A stretch of DNA of 63,941 bases from Paraspadella gotoi (GCA_051294375.1 CM119264.1:10293227-10357167), one strand, 5' to 3'; shown: positions 38,596 through 52,595, counted from the stretch's first letter. Numbers and translations are program-made. Notes: generated by a model from the sequence alone, not told the origin.

Positions 38596-40218
38596 CAAAT
38601 GAGATGGTGGCGACGGGACTGACCTTCGTGCCGAGAACGCCCCCTCGGACTTGAGCCCCAACCGAATTCTCGATGACGACGTCCACTTTTTTCTCGCGAA
38701 TTTTGGGATTTGACAAAACGGAACACGAAACGGAATATTCCTGCGGAAATAATTATATTATTAGCATGTAAATGAATTATAAATAAAACACTTTTTTTTT
38801 TAAACAGATGAAATTGGTACATACAACCAATATAAAAATCGTCAATTCATTTAATAAATAATAATTTTTATGGTAAAATATCAGTTTGAATACTTGACGT
38901 TTAGAAACTGACAAAACACTATCAAATTTAAATCTTAAATTTTGTTTCATAGAAAAAAAGTCACCTTATCGTTGTTGTGAATGAACTGATGCTGCGCGCA
39001 GACGAGTCGCGGATTAAATCTGACGTGAATGTCCTCGTAGGAGCAGAGATGCGAAGGGTAGCGAGTGTCCCAGAATGGGTGGAGCACGCTGCAGGCCAGC
39101 GACTTCCCGTGATGGTGCATGTTGGCCTGATTGAGAGAGGAAAGGGTGGGTGAGTCGCGGGACGGAGCGAAACAAGGAGAATGGCCAAGGTAGAGGATTG
39201 GACGAGATAAAGCCTTCGCCTTTTTATGGCGACGGAACACAACGGGAAAACAATTATTGCCAATAATATTGGGTATAAAATACAAGCACGTCCGCGATGT
39301 ACGATTCGTCCGCGTCTTCGGTGAAAATATATTAGACGGAAATCGTGTCATACGCCGCCATTTTTTATTTATGGATTATGGTTTAGGCAATTCGAGCCTC
39401 ACTTTCGAATTTCGTGGCGTTGCTGGTTTTATTCACACTTTCGAATTTTAATATCTTTCACCGAGCTAAATCCGATAATAAAATTGGCTTTTACGAAAGT
39501 ATTTTGGTTTTCGTCAATCAATTCGATAGACAACTGATTGAAAAACGTTTTCCTCCCGAGATTTAAGACGTTTCCGTTCGTTGACCGCTTGTCCTCTCAC
39601 GCCAGACTAAATTTAACTCACCTGCAAAGTGATGTTGCTAATGAGCCAGCCTCGCTCCTGCACCGTCGTCGTCGTCGAAGACCCGTGAAACAGGGGATGG
39701 TAAGGCGTCGTCCTCCGTTCGCTGAAAAGGTAAGGAAAGGGTGAGGTGTTACGGGCGTCTACAGTTCTGATAAACGAAGAGCTAGACAGGAGGTTATTGG
39801 AGATTGCCAGGGTTCATTCTATCAAGATGAGTGTCGTAAAATATTTTTTTATAGGTAATAAAAGTAGGCGTTTTCGAAAAAATTGTAAATATTTGTTATT
39901 CTAGAGGGAGTTGGTGTCGGGTCGCTGCAGAGACGAGACGAATCACAATCTCACACAGGACTGTTTAAAAAGAAATCGCTCTCGAACATTAAAGTTTTTT
40001 TTTCCGGATTTTCTGCAAAAAAGAAATTTCCCTTTTTTTTCACATTTCATTCCGACGACGACGACGAAGATGATGATGACGACGACAACGACGACGAAGA
40101 TGATGACGACGTCGACGACGACGACGAAGATGATGACGACGTCGACGACGACGAAATCCGAGGCGAGGCAATTTAAAACTTGATTATGACATTAAAGTTC
40201 CCGGGGAAGCAGTTTGAT

Positions 40219-40312
<94 letters not shown>

Positions 40313-40320
40313 AGAGCATG

Positions 40321-40397
<77 letters not shown>

Positions 40398-40643
40398 CGT
40401 GTGTGTCCCGACTGATGAAAGTGCCATTAACTTTCATCATCGGCTTTATTCTTTTTCGACGCTTTGAACCGTGGAAAGGGGGGGACGAAGATTCGCCCCG
40501 GTGTGGGAGAAGTGGGGAAAGAGAGAGCGTGTGTTCCGGGTGCGCGCGCATGCCACCGTGTTTTGCGCGCACGGAGGTTGCCGCGACAAGTGCATGCGCG
40601 CTCGCAATCATCTCGCTCGGTGCCGTGAATGGAGTTTCGGCTC
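38596..40643 (-). CDS. Multi-exon immunoglobulin-superfamily protein, partial (nephrin/Kirre/sidestep-like C2-set-type domains); exons 40557-40643, 39622-39721, 38965-39126, 38624(or 38596)-38740
   Basis: Canonical, phase-compatible junctions (TTTTCAG|...CAG|GTGAGT; AATCAG|...AAG|GTGACT; CCGCAG|...AAG|GTCAGT). Spliced product ...QERGWLISNITLQANMHHHGKSLACSVLHPFW...EDIHVRFNPRLVCAQHQFIHNNDKEYSVSCSVLSNPK... has the S-x-I-T-L...HHGK-x-L-x-C-x-V-x-HP and C-x-V-x-SNP Ig motifs. The first exon is the least certain. Confidence 0.72.
40054..40153 (+). repeat. 30-bp minisatellite (GACGACGAAGATGATGACGACGTCGACGAC) x~3, intronic in the Ig gene
   Basis: gacgacgaagatgatg recurs at 30-bp spacing. Confidence 0.75.
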
Positions 40644-41532
40644 CTGTAAAAAGTTGGAAAAGCGCGCGCCCGTGAAATAAGGCTGACGCTAATTCGTCGC
40701 CTAGCGACGACGCGAGGCAAAATTGTACACATCCTCCATTTTTTTTTTTTTTACATAATCTATCAAAATATTTTTTTCCCTTTGCTCTTCGGTTCTGTAA
40801 TCTACTTTTAAAGTTGTTATACTTTAATAGTGAGTTTTTTTCTTTATCCAAAAAAGCTAAATACTTTTTCCTCGAAGAAAGTTAATTTTCCATTTAAGCT
40901 CGACCTGGAAGGTTTTCTTTTTCCCAAAACTAACTTCCTGCCCTCAATAAGCGATAATTTTTCCTCGACGGTCGCCGACGAATCCATAAAAGGTCGTTAA
41001 TCCTCGAATCCCGCCCTCCCCTTAATTGACCTCCATTCAATCCCGATTTTTCTTCTTCGAACCAATCATCCGATATCGAATTTTCCCCGACTCCGCCTTC
41101 AAATCCTTTTTCCCTTTTTTCCACCGGCCAATCGACTGCCTTTGAGACGAAGCTCACTCGCCTCCCCTTATCTCCCCCACTTCCCCAAATCATATCCCTC
41201 CCTCCCCCTTTTTCCTTCCCCACCCCCCACCCCCCATATTTCCTCTTTTCCTCTCGTATTTTTTTTTTCCATTTAAATTCTCGGCGACTTTCTTATTTTT
41301 CTTCTTTTTCACTCATACCCACGCCACAACTTCATTTTGGAGCCAACAAACCGTAACATTTCTCCATTAATCACAATATTTCGACCCGCGCTCTCTCGCC
41401 TTTCAAACATTCCCCTCTCCCTCCTCTCTCAGCCCCCTTTCCCGCCAAACTTACTATCCGGGCTTTGCCTTATTCCCCGCAATTTCTTTTTTTTTTTGCA
41501 ACTACAGTCTCACGAACATTGCGCAGAGAGAG

Positions 41533-41606
<74 letters not shown>

Positions 41607-42163
41607 AGGAGAGAGAGAGAGAGAGAGAGACAGAGAGAGAGAGAGGACTTTTTGAATATTTGTGTTATGCTTTCTTTCGGTTTTCCTTTCCACCATCAAG
41701 TCAACGTCCGTTCGCCAACGTTCCATAATCTTGCTTCGTGGATTCGGTCCAGGTTTTTTTTTTTTTTTTTTTTTTGGTTTGACTTTTTTTTTTGAAAACC
41801 ATAAAAGCAAAACGAATGACCAAAACACGACGATTGAAAATGGCGTCACGAAATTCATCTTCGGTTTGACTCTGTCGGTCTGTCGGTGTCTATGTGTCTT
41901 TTTGTCTGTTAAGTTACCAGTAGTCCGCAATATGATGATGTTTGGTCTTGGTTAATGTCGTGTGATATGGCATAGAATAACTAATTAGTTCAGGGGCGAA
42001 ATCAATTTTCATGGGAAGTTACATATTCTAAAGGTGACATAAAGATAAAGCGAATTCTCGGCACGACCAGTAATCGCGGGAAAAGATTAGACCGCAGGAT
42101 GTTTCTTCAGATTAGTTTATACGTGACTGAGGTTTACAAGAGGCAACGTCGCCATTTAAACAA

Positions 42164-42195
<32 letters not shown>

Positions 42196-42241
42196 TCTCT
42201 CTCTATCTCTTCTCTCTCTCTCTTCTCCTCTCTCTCTCGCT

Positions 42242-42324
<83 letters not shown>

Positions 42325-42764
42325 ATTTCTCTCTCTCTCTCGTCTCTCCTCTCTTCTTTCTTTCTTTCTTTTTTTCTTTCTTTCTTTTCCATTCAATACC
42401 ACCTAAACGTAAAGAGAGTTGAAAACAAGAGTCTGTCAGTCCTTTTCAAACTATATAACAATATAACTTATACGATATATTGCCGTTCTCTTTCACACCA
42501 GCATTCCTCTCTACGGCTTGATGCCATCTTCTTCCAAACCCAACGCCATCTCCAATTCCATCTTTTTCTCCCAAAAGTCGTTACGAATTCGAGTCTGACC
42601 CTCATTTTAACCAGATTGCCGCTGACTGATTGTTATCGCCTTGATGAGCTCTCTTATCTCTCTCTCTCTCTCCCTAGAAGGAGGAGGAGTTGAGGAGTTG
42701 AGGACAGCGGAAGGGAGATTAGTGAGAGAGGAGATGATAGAGAGAAAGAGGGATAGTAAAAGAA

Positions 42765-42858
<94 letters not shown>

Positions 42859-45060
42859 CGAGAGAAGAGAGCGGGAAGTGAAGGAGAGTAGAAAAGAAGA
42901 GAAAAAATGGAGGGAAGAGAGAGAGGAGGAGAGAGAGAGAGAGAGGTGAGGGAGAGAGCAGAGAGAGATAAGAGAGCTCATCAAGGCGATAAAATCAGTC
43001 AGCGGCAATCTGGTTAAAATGAGGTCAGACTCGAATTCGTAACGGACTTTTGGGAGAAAAAAGATGGAATTGGAGATGGCGTTGGGTTTGGAAGAAGATG
43101 CATCAAGCCGTAGAGAGGAATGCTGGTGTGAAAAGAACGGCAATCAATCGTATAAGTTATATTGTTATATAGTTTGAAAAGGACTGACAGACTCTTGTTT
43201 CAACTCTCTCTTTACGTTTAGGTGGTATTGAATGGAAAGAAAGAAAAAGAAAAAAGAAAGAAAGAAAAGAAAGAAAGATAAGAGAGAGAGAGAGAGAGAG
43301 AGAAATGAGAGAGGAGAAGAGAGAGAGAGGAGAGAGAGAATGAGAAGATGAGAGAGAGAGAGAGAGATTGAGAGAGAGAGGGAGAGATTGAGAGAGAGAG
43401 AGAAAAAAAAAAGAGCGAGCAAGTAGAAGAGAAAGAGAGAGACGAGAGGAAGATAGCGAGAGAAGAGAGAGGAAGCAAAAGAGGAAAGAGAAGAGAGCAG
43501 GAGAGAGAGATTGGTTTAAAGTGGCGACTGCCTCTGTGAAACCATTCAGTCACGTCATATATTTAAAACCATGAAGAAACAGTCTCGCGTCTGAATCTAT
43601 TTTCCCGCGGGATATGTCGTAGCCCGAGACAGTCTTAGTCTTTATGTTCACCTTTTTAGAATATTAACTTCCAATGAAAATGATTTCGCCCCGGAAACTA
43701 GATTAGTTTATTCGTATGCCATATCACACGACATTAACGCAAGACCAAAACATCGATTGCATATTGCGGACTTACTGGAACCTAAACAGACAAACGAAGG
43801 ACAGCATGTAGACACCGACAGACCGACAGAGTCAAACCGAAGAGTAGGAATTTTCGTGACGCCATTTGTCATCGTCGGCGTGTCTTTGGTCCATTCTTTT
43901 TGCTTTTATGTTTCAAAAAAAAAAGTTCAAACCTAAAAAAACCAAAAAAAAAGAACCTGGACCGAATCCACGAAGGCAAATTATGGAGCGTTGGCGAACG
44001 ACGTTGACTGTTGGTGTGAAGTGTGATAATTTTACGAAAGAAGAGCTAAGCACAAAAATGATTCAAAAATCCTCTCTCTCTCGTCTGTCTCGTCTTCTCT
44101 CTCTCTCTCCTTCCCGTTCTCCTCTCCTCGTCTCTTCTCTCTCTCTCTCTTTCTCTCTCTCGCTCTCTCTCTCTCTGCGCAATTTTCGTTGAGACTGTAG
44201 TGCCAAAAAAAAAAGATAATTGCGGGGAATAAGGCAAAGCCCGGATAGTGAGTGGCGGGGAAAGGGGCTGAAGAGGAGGGAGAGGGAATGTTTAAAGGCG
44301 AGGAGCGCGGCGTCGAATATTAGTGATTAATGGAGAAAATGTTACGGTTTGTTGGCTCCAAAATGAAGTTGTGGCGTGGGTATGAGTGAAAAAGAAGAAA
44401 ATAAGAAAGTCGCCGAGAATTTTAAATGGAAAAAAAAAATACGAGAGGAAAAAGGAATATGGGGGGGTGGGGTGGGGAAGAAAAAAGGGGGAGGAGGATC
44501 ATGCATTATTGGGGAAGTGGGGGAGATAAGGGGAGGCGAAGTGGCTTCGTCTCAAAGGCAGTCGATTTTGGCCGGTGGAAAAAAGGGAAAAAAGGATTTG
44601 AAGGCGAGTCGGGGAAAATTTCGATATCGGATGATTGGTTGCGAAGAAAAGAAAAATTCGGATTGAATGGAGTCAATTAGGGGGCTGGATTCGAGATTAA
44701 CGACCTTTATATGGATTCGTCGGCGACCGTCGAGGAAAAAAGATTATCGCTTATTGAGGGCAGGAAGTTAGTTTTGGGAAAAAGAAAAACCTTCCAGGTC
44801 GAGCTTAAAAATGGGAAAATTCTAACTTTCTTCGAGGAAAAAAGTATTTAGCTTTTTATGGATTAAAGAAAAAAACTCACTATTAAAGTATAACCAATTA
44901 AAAGTAGATTACAGAACCGAGAGCAAAGGGAAAAAATATTTTGATAGATTATGTAAAAAAAAAAAAAAATGAGGATGTGTACAATTGGCCTCGCGTCGTC
45001 GCTAGGCGACGAATTAGCGTCGCTTATTTCACGGGCGCGCGCTTTTCCAACTTTTTACAG

Positions 45061-45299
45061 GAGCCGAAAGCTCCATTCACGGCACCGAGCGAGATGATTT
45101 GCGAGCGCGCATGCACTTGTCGCGGCAACCTCGTGCGCGCAAAACACGGTGCATGCGGCCACCGAACACACGCTCTCTCTTTCCCACTTCTCCCACACCG
45201 GGGCGAATCTTCGTCCCCCCTTTCCACGGTTCAAAGCGTCGAAAAAGAATAAGCGATGCATGAAAGTTAATGGCACTTTCATCAGTCGGGACACACACG

Positions 45300-45335
<36 letters not shown>

Positions 45336-45373
45336 TCTCTCTCCTCTCTCTCTCTCTCTCTCTCTTGCTCTCT

Positions 45374-45452
<79 letters not shown>

Positions 45453-46707
45453 CCTATCTGGTTCATCAAACTGCTTCCCGCGGGAACTTTAATGATCATA
45501 TCAGTTTTAAATTGCCTCGCCTCGGATCTTCGTCTCGTCGACGTCGTTCATCATCTTCGTCCGTCGTCGTCGACGTGTCATCATCTTTCGTCGTCCGTTG
45601 TCGTCGTCATCATCATCTTCGTCGTCGTCGTCGGAATGAAATGTGAAAAAAAGGGAATTTCTTTTTTGCAGAAAATCCGGAAAAAAAACTTTAAGTCGAG
45701 AGCGATTTCTTTTTAAACAGCTCCTTGTGTAGATTGTGATTGTCTCGTCTCTGCAGCGACCCGACACCAACCCCTCTAGAATAAACAAATATTTACAATT
45801 TTTTCGAAAACGCCTACTTTTATTACCTATAAAAAAATATTTACGACACTCATCTTGATAGAATGAACCTGGCAATACTCAATAACCTCCTGTCTAAGCT
45901 TCTTCGATTTTACAGAACTGTAGACGCCCGTACACCTCCCCTTTCCTTACCTTTTCAGCGAACGGAGACGACGCCTTACCATCCCCTGTTTCACGGGTCT
46001 TCGACGACGACGATCGGTGCAGGAGCGAGGCTGGCTCCATTAGCAACATCACTTTCAGGTGAGTTAATTTAGTCTGGCGTGACGAGGAACAAGCCGGTCA
46101 ACGACGGAACGTCTTAAATCTCGGGAGGAAACGTTTTTCAATCAGTTGTCTATACGAATTGATTGACGAAAACCAAAATACTTTCGTAAAAGCCAATTTT
46201 ATTATTCGGATTTAGCTGCGTGAACAGATATTAAAATTTCTGAAAGTGGAATAAAACAGCAACGCCACGAAAATTCGAAAGTGAGGCTCGAATTTGCTTA
46301 AACCTATAACATAAATAAAAAATGGCGGCGTATGACACGATTTCGCTGTCTAATATATTTCACCGAAGACGCGACGAATGTACATCGCGGCGTGCTGTAT
46401 TGTTATACCCAATATTATTGGCAATAATTGTTTTCCGTTGGTCCGTCGCCTAAAAAGGCGGAAGGCTTATCTCGTCCAATCCTCTACCTTGGCCATTCTC
46501 CTTGTTTCGCTCCGTCCGCGACTCACCCACCCTTTCTCTCTCAATCAGGCCAACATGCACCATCACGGGAAGTCCTGGCCTGCAGCGTGCTCCACCCATT
46601 CTTGGGACACTCCGCTACCTTCGCATCTCTGCTCCTACGAGACATTCACTCAGATTTAATCCGCGACTCGGTCTGCGCGCAGCATCAGTTCATTCACAAC
46701 AACGATA
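45061..46707 (+). other. Frameshifted inverted copy of the Ig-gene exons (probably artefact rather than pseudogene)
   Basis: NQANMHHHGKS is followed by frameshifts. Lies wholly within the right arm of the fold-back. Confidence 0.75.
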
Positions 46708-47867
46708 GTGACTTTTTTCTATAAACAATTTAAGATTTAAATTTGATTAGTGTTTTGTCAGTTTCTAACCGTCAAGTATCAACTGATATATTTTACCATA
46801 AAAATTATATTTATTAAATGAATTGACGATTTATATTTGGTTTATTACCAATTTCATTGTTTTTAAAAAAAAAAGTGTTTATTTATAATCTTTACTATGC
46901 TAATAATATAAATTCTCTCTCTTTTTTTTNNNNNNNNNNNNNNNNNNNNNNNNNCCCCCCCCTCTACCCATCGGCATTTGGATGGGATAATCATGCCTCA
47001 GTTTAATCACTGAAGCCTCAAAGTGCTGACCGCGCTTCACCCTGACTCAGCCTCGATTTCAAAGGCAGATAAGGACGCCATCTTAATTCATTTACGGCGG
47101 CGCTGGTTGTGCCGGTCTAGGCAGTACGGCAGTGGCGTACAGCCGGGTCCCCGACGACCAAAAGATACTAAACCTGAGCGAATTTTGCCGAGTTACTCGA
47201 GAGTTTTAAGGCAAGAAATGATTTAAAATTGGAAGTCAATGGAAAAGGGGACGGAGGAGAAAAATGACGAGAAGCCAGAGAAGAGAATGGCGCAAATCGA
47301 GACGCAACATCATGATTCGCCCAAAACAATTACCGATTAAACGAAGCTACTATTTCTCCAAATGAATCAGATAAGAAATATCGAGCAATGAGATACGAGT
47401 AAATTAGGCATGGTAATACCGAACAGCTATACTGCAGAACTTCGCTCGTTCAACGATTTTCTGTTTTATTACATCGAACCATGTAAATTTCCTGAAAAGT
47501 ATGGCTTCCCAGAGTTTAATTAGTCTCTCTCTCTGTTACAATAAAAATAATTCTTAGATGCTCTTATAAGATATTTAATGCAGAGTAAGTTTATTCCCTG
47601 ATACTCTTTCTAGATTAATAATATCTCGACAGACCGGCAGACTACAGATTGAATCACTTTCTCGCCACGATTACAAAAAAATAAAGAAATCCGTCGCCAT
47701 CTTGCGGAAACTAAAAGACGCCAGTTCGCATTCCGATTAAAGGAAAACAAAATTTTACTTCGGAAAAATTTTCGCTTTCTCATTTTTTACCGAAAACCTC
47801 TCAATGCAGCAAAATGCATATTTCACTGCTTCGACTAAGAAAAAGAAAAAAAGAAAAAAAGAAAAAA

Positions 47868-48093
47868 AGAAAAGAAAAGAAAAGAAAAGAAAAGAAAAGA
47901 AAAGAAAAGAAAAGAAAAGAAAAGAAAAGAAAAGAAAAGAAAAGAAAAGAAAAGAAAAGAAAAAAAAGAAAAGAAAAGAAAATGAAGAAACAGAAGGACC
48001 AGGAGGAATAGAAGAAGAAGAAGAAGAAGAAGAAGAAGAAGAAGAAGAAGAAGAAGAAGAAGAAGAAGAAGAAGAAGAAGAAGAAGAAGAAGA
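47868..48093 (+). repeat. Perfect (GAAAA)n and (GAA)n microsatellites
   Basis: Pentamer run at ~47868-47960 and GAA run at 48011-48093. Confidence 0.95.
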
Positions 48094-48198
48094 AGGGGGG
48101 ACACTGGGGGTCCTTCACAATCCTCGGTCAAGTATTGACGCTCAACACTCATATATATTTTTTTTCGCGACCCTCGACTTTTGCTAAACACCTTTCTA

Positions 48199-48277
<79 letters not shown>

Positions 48278-48283
48278 TCTCCT

Positions 48284-48324
<41 letters not shown>

Positions 48325-48489
48325 GCCTTTTTTCTCACACGATATCCCATGACCCATAACACCCCCGCCGCCTTTCGCACACTCGCCCGATCGTCCCCTG
48401 GCCTTACGCCTTTCCCATTCCTTACTCCTCCTCCCGCTACCATTTCCGCCGCTCGTCCATGATTTATGACGTCGACGTTATCTCTCAGT

Positions 48490-48507
48490 CAACGCGGCAA
48501 TTTTTCA

Positions 48508-48544
<37 letters not shown>

Positions 48545-49212
48545 GCCGCCGCCGCCTCCGCCGCCGCCGCTGTCTCCGAGTTTTTCCTTAAGTGACTAGA
48601 GCCGTCGGCGACGAGTTAGTGGAGGCCTCCGAGGTGGCGGAGGCGACGGCGAGGGCGGACGTGGTGGCACCTGACTCTGGGCCAATAGTTGGGTGAGCAA
48701 TTCACGAAGAATATAGTGAACCAAGTTGGCAAGATGGCAAGATAGGAAGTTTTCGAAAAGGCTTATAGGGCACAAGTGAAAGAATACAAGCTTCAGCTTC
48801 ATTTGATTAAACGCCTACATTTAGAGATTTTAAATAATTTGATCCTGTTTTTAAAAAAAAATTTGAAAAAATAACTTTCCTGCCTGACAACTCTTTTTTT
48901 CTTATGTCGACATGAGAAAAGAAAAACGTTTGTAAAAAAAAATACGAAATTGAATCGTGTTTTTTTTTTTTCTCATTTTTATTTTTCTTTTAAAAATCTC
49001 TGTCGTCGACGTCGACAACGCCTCGAGCGAATATCGAATCCTCTCCATTCCCTTTTGTACGAAACTAATTTTTTTTTTATTCTAATGGAACTCGGGATAG
49101 ATCGCGTCAGAGTTTAATCAAAATCAAATATCGGAAAATTTTTGAGAGAAAAACCGATAAGTAATTTTCGAGGTTCAAATTTGAATTTTCGATTCTCCTC
49201 TATTCTTTTGTC

Positions 49213-49307
<95 letters not shown>

Positions 49308-50305
49308 AGAGAAGGAGAGAAGAAGGGTCTGTCGGGAATGAGATTTTTGATGCGATCAAGACGTCGCCTTGGCAACATCGTTATCCATTGTTCCACGTTT
49401 CCGATCGTATGTCTTCTTTTCTCGTTTTTCCTGTTTTCCTTTTTATCGTCGCCACTCACGTCGTCGTCGTCGTCGTCGTCGTCGTCATTTCCCAATTCCC
49501 TATTCCCTCCTTTTTTGCGCAAAAAAACCGTCGCGAGATGAAATCGATTTTTGGTCATAGATGGCGCGAGCCTTTTTTTAGCCTTTGTTCTTTAAAAAAT
49601 TTTCAGAAAGTTAGACAACGAGATTGAAAAAAAAAATTTAGTTTTAAAATAAAAGACGATTTTAAAGCAACGTTTTCCCGCTCATTGCCAAGTTAAATCA
49701 TAAACAATCAATATGAAATTTGGATATATAAATTATTTTGGTTGTTACTACAAAAAATATCTTTCAGATTAAAAAAATCTTCACAAGTTTGCAAATGACG
49801 ATTTTTTTTCTAGCGGCGGGTTTTCGTGTGTCACCTTGTAGAAAAAGTCATTGTGCGTTAAGAAATGAAAAAGCCACCGTACAATCGGATTCTCTAGTAT
49901 ATAAAGTTCATTTTACAAAATATAAATTCATTGGACGAGAGATAGAGATAGAGAGAGAGAGAGACCTGTGAAGAGGAAATCAGCTGATTTGGTTGATTTC
50001 GGATCAGGTGAAATATCTCGAATCTTTTTTCTCTCAAATTCTCTTGGAATCTTCTTCTCATCTGATATTCCCTAAACTGAGGGGATTTCTTCTCAGTTGT
50101 TGTTGTAATCCTCGTCAGCATCGTCATCATTGAAAAACAGACTTCGTATCGCATCAGTCATCCTTACTTCGACTTACCGTCAAATCCCTGGTTCCGGTTT
50201 TCTCATCCTCGCCAAATCCCTCCCTCTCCCCCTCCACCTCCCCCACGAATTTTATCGTGTTTGGGATCCATACTCTCGCCGCGGTAACCGCCGCCGCCGC
50301 CGTCA

Positions 50306-50356
<51 letters not shown>

Positions 50357-51113
50357 TATATCATCCCCAGCGTCATAAACCGTGGAACTACCGTCGAAAC
50401 TGCGACCAGACGCGGCATCGGAATGACCACCGTCCGAGTTTGGACGGTTCGGTTCCGCGTCGGACGTAAACACGCGCGGGAAACATCAAAGTTAAACATC
50501 CCAAAAAATATTCTATTTAATTCTGGAATCAATTCGTCCATTAAATTTAGAAATCAAATATGTAGTTAACTACAAATTAAAATCATAAGATTTAGAAAAA
50601 ATTAAAAAATTAGAAAAATTTCCATCCAATTTTTTTTGGGTTGAGAAAACGCTCGGAGGACTACTGAACAGACAATGTAGAAGTCCGACCCTTCACAAGA
50701 TACTCCGAAGAAAATCCAAGTCGCAAAGGACACTCAACGGTTCTGTCCTTTTTTTTCACTGTGCCTTCCAAAGAAAAAAAAAATTCTCACGCTTTTTTCC
50801 CCACCTCTCCTTTCTTCTCTAAGTAAACGGAAGATGGGCACCGAACCCCCAACCTCAACTGGCGCCCACTTCCCCTTCTGGACGATCACGTGACGACCGA
50901 TGTCTTTTTCTCGTTAACATGCGGCGCTCGGTGTTTGTTTACAGTTTATTTCTGGTTTTTGCGCCAGGATTTGGAGCGGATATGCCGAGGGAGCGAGACG
51001 GGTTGTTAATGTGGGTGAGGTATTGGACGAGCGATGCCGATATTTCATCTTGATGTCAACATTGAGATGGAAGATCCCTGCTTTGGACATATGAGAGAGA
51101 GAATGAGAGAATT

Positions 51114-51192
<79 letters not shown>

Positions 51193-51263
51193 TGATTCTC
51201 AATCTTCCAATTTTTAATTCAACGATCAAATCCCCAGGACCTTGAGTCTTCTGATTCGTTCTT

Positions 51264-51316
<53 letters not shown>

Positions 51317-51651
51317 ATTGCTTCCCTGCGCATATTTTTACCTCAAAATCTTCACGAATTTTTTATCCAATGATTTGATTGCGGCCTCCTCCTCCTCCAG
51401 AGTTCCATCCCACCAGAAAGTAGTTTTTGATATCAACTCGTTCACTTCTCTGGCTCTTGGAGAATTTCTAAAAGTCCGATGTTATAGTGCATCGTTCTTG
51501 ATTTCGATCAGCAAACGAAAAAGTCGCCGAATGAGCCTAGGCCCGGGCCTCCAACAGAACCACCACAAGCAGAGCCAAAATGAGAACCACCCGATTCTAT
51601 TCTGCCACCCTCGGTCTAAGTCAGGCAAAATCTTCAAGTGACTCGTCGCAG
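48490..51651 (-). CDS. Candidate spliced gene with a hydrophobic (TM-like) segment and Gly-rich exons; exons ~51342-51651, 50943-51077, 50178-~50470, 49966-50071, ~48490-48676; needs several indel corrections
   Basis: Donors GAG|GTAAAA, ACG|GTAAGT and CAG|GTCTCT. Phase-compatible join ...EKTGTRDLT|GISDEKKIPREFERKKIRDISPDPKSTKSADFLFT|ESGATTSALAVASATSEAST. VVLILALLVVVLL at 51552-51590. (GGC)n poly-Gly runs. Confidence 0.45.
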
Positions 51652-52298
51652 CTGCGGTTTCTCCAATTTTTTTTTTTCTTTCTTCGAATCTGATCTTTTG
51701 TTTACTCATTCGATATTTTCTCTTTCCGTCATTTTCAGATTTCTTTTTTTTTTCCGATTTTTTTTTTCGTTCGATGCCGTTTTGTTTTTCCGATGCTAAT
51801 TTTATTTGAAGATGGAGAGAGGAGAACATCCATTCCGTTTTACTATCGTTTTTTTATTTTTTTTATTTTCAATTTTGTTTCTCATTTCATTCTTTTTCTC
51901 TATTTTTTTATTTTTAACAATAACGTTTCCCTTCATTTCACTGTTTTTTTTCGCCAGTTTTAGTTTGTGCACACTTTCGCTCTCAATCGAAATTGTTTTT
52001 ACAGTTTCAGAAGGAATCGTTCATCTTCTTTCACCCGGTTCCATTCCATAAGACTTGATGGATCTACCCTGGACCTCATCGTCCCTTTTTGTCTCCGCTT
52101 GTCCCTAGGATTTGATCACTCTCTCATCGTCTTCGTTTCCATTCATTCTTTCTTTCCCTTTGCTCCTATTCGTTCGCTCCTCTTTATTCGCTCCTCTTTA
52201 TTCGCTTCCTCTCGTTCGCCCCGAGCTCGCCATTTTCGCTAATCAATTTTCGCTCTCTCCTCGATTAGTTCTTCACCAAGAGACTTCCTCTTTTCCCA

Positions 52299-52339
<41 letters not shown>

Positions 52340-52564
52340 TCTCTCTTTCTTTCTCTGACTCTATCTCTATCTTTCTATCGTCCTTTCAGGTCGCTATCCG
52401 TCTCTCCTGAGACCTTTCGCCTTCTCTTTTCGCAATATTTCCTTCCCGTCGACCACCTTGACTTGATACTCTTTTCTTTCTTCGGGTTATATTTTTTTTC
52501 CAGCCCTAATATTTTCACTGTTGTACTCTGCCTTGACTTCCTTTCACCGAGCCTCTATATTGCT

Positions 52565-52595
<31 letters not shown>

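Larger units (their letters stand above)
38751..46914. repeat. ~8.2-kb fold-back: arms 38751-~42670 and ~42960-46914, turning in a (TC)n/(GA)n tract
   Basis: Reverse-complement collinearity throughout (e.g. 42601-42660 vs 42960-43030; Ig exons reappear on + at ~45061-46707 with frameshifts). Ends just before the 25-N gap 46930-46954. Confidence 0.95.

Noticed and set aside
45061-46707. Genuine Ig paralog or pseudogene
   Set aside because: Differences are indel-type and the copy is part of a fold-back ending at a 25-N gap.
47804-48187. Lys/Glu-rich 127-aa protein
   Set aside because: Almost entirely perfect (GAAAA)n and (GAA)n, with no splice or homology support.
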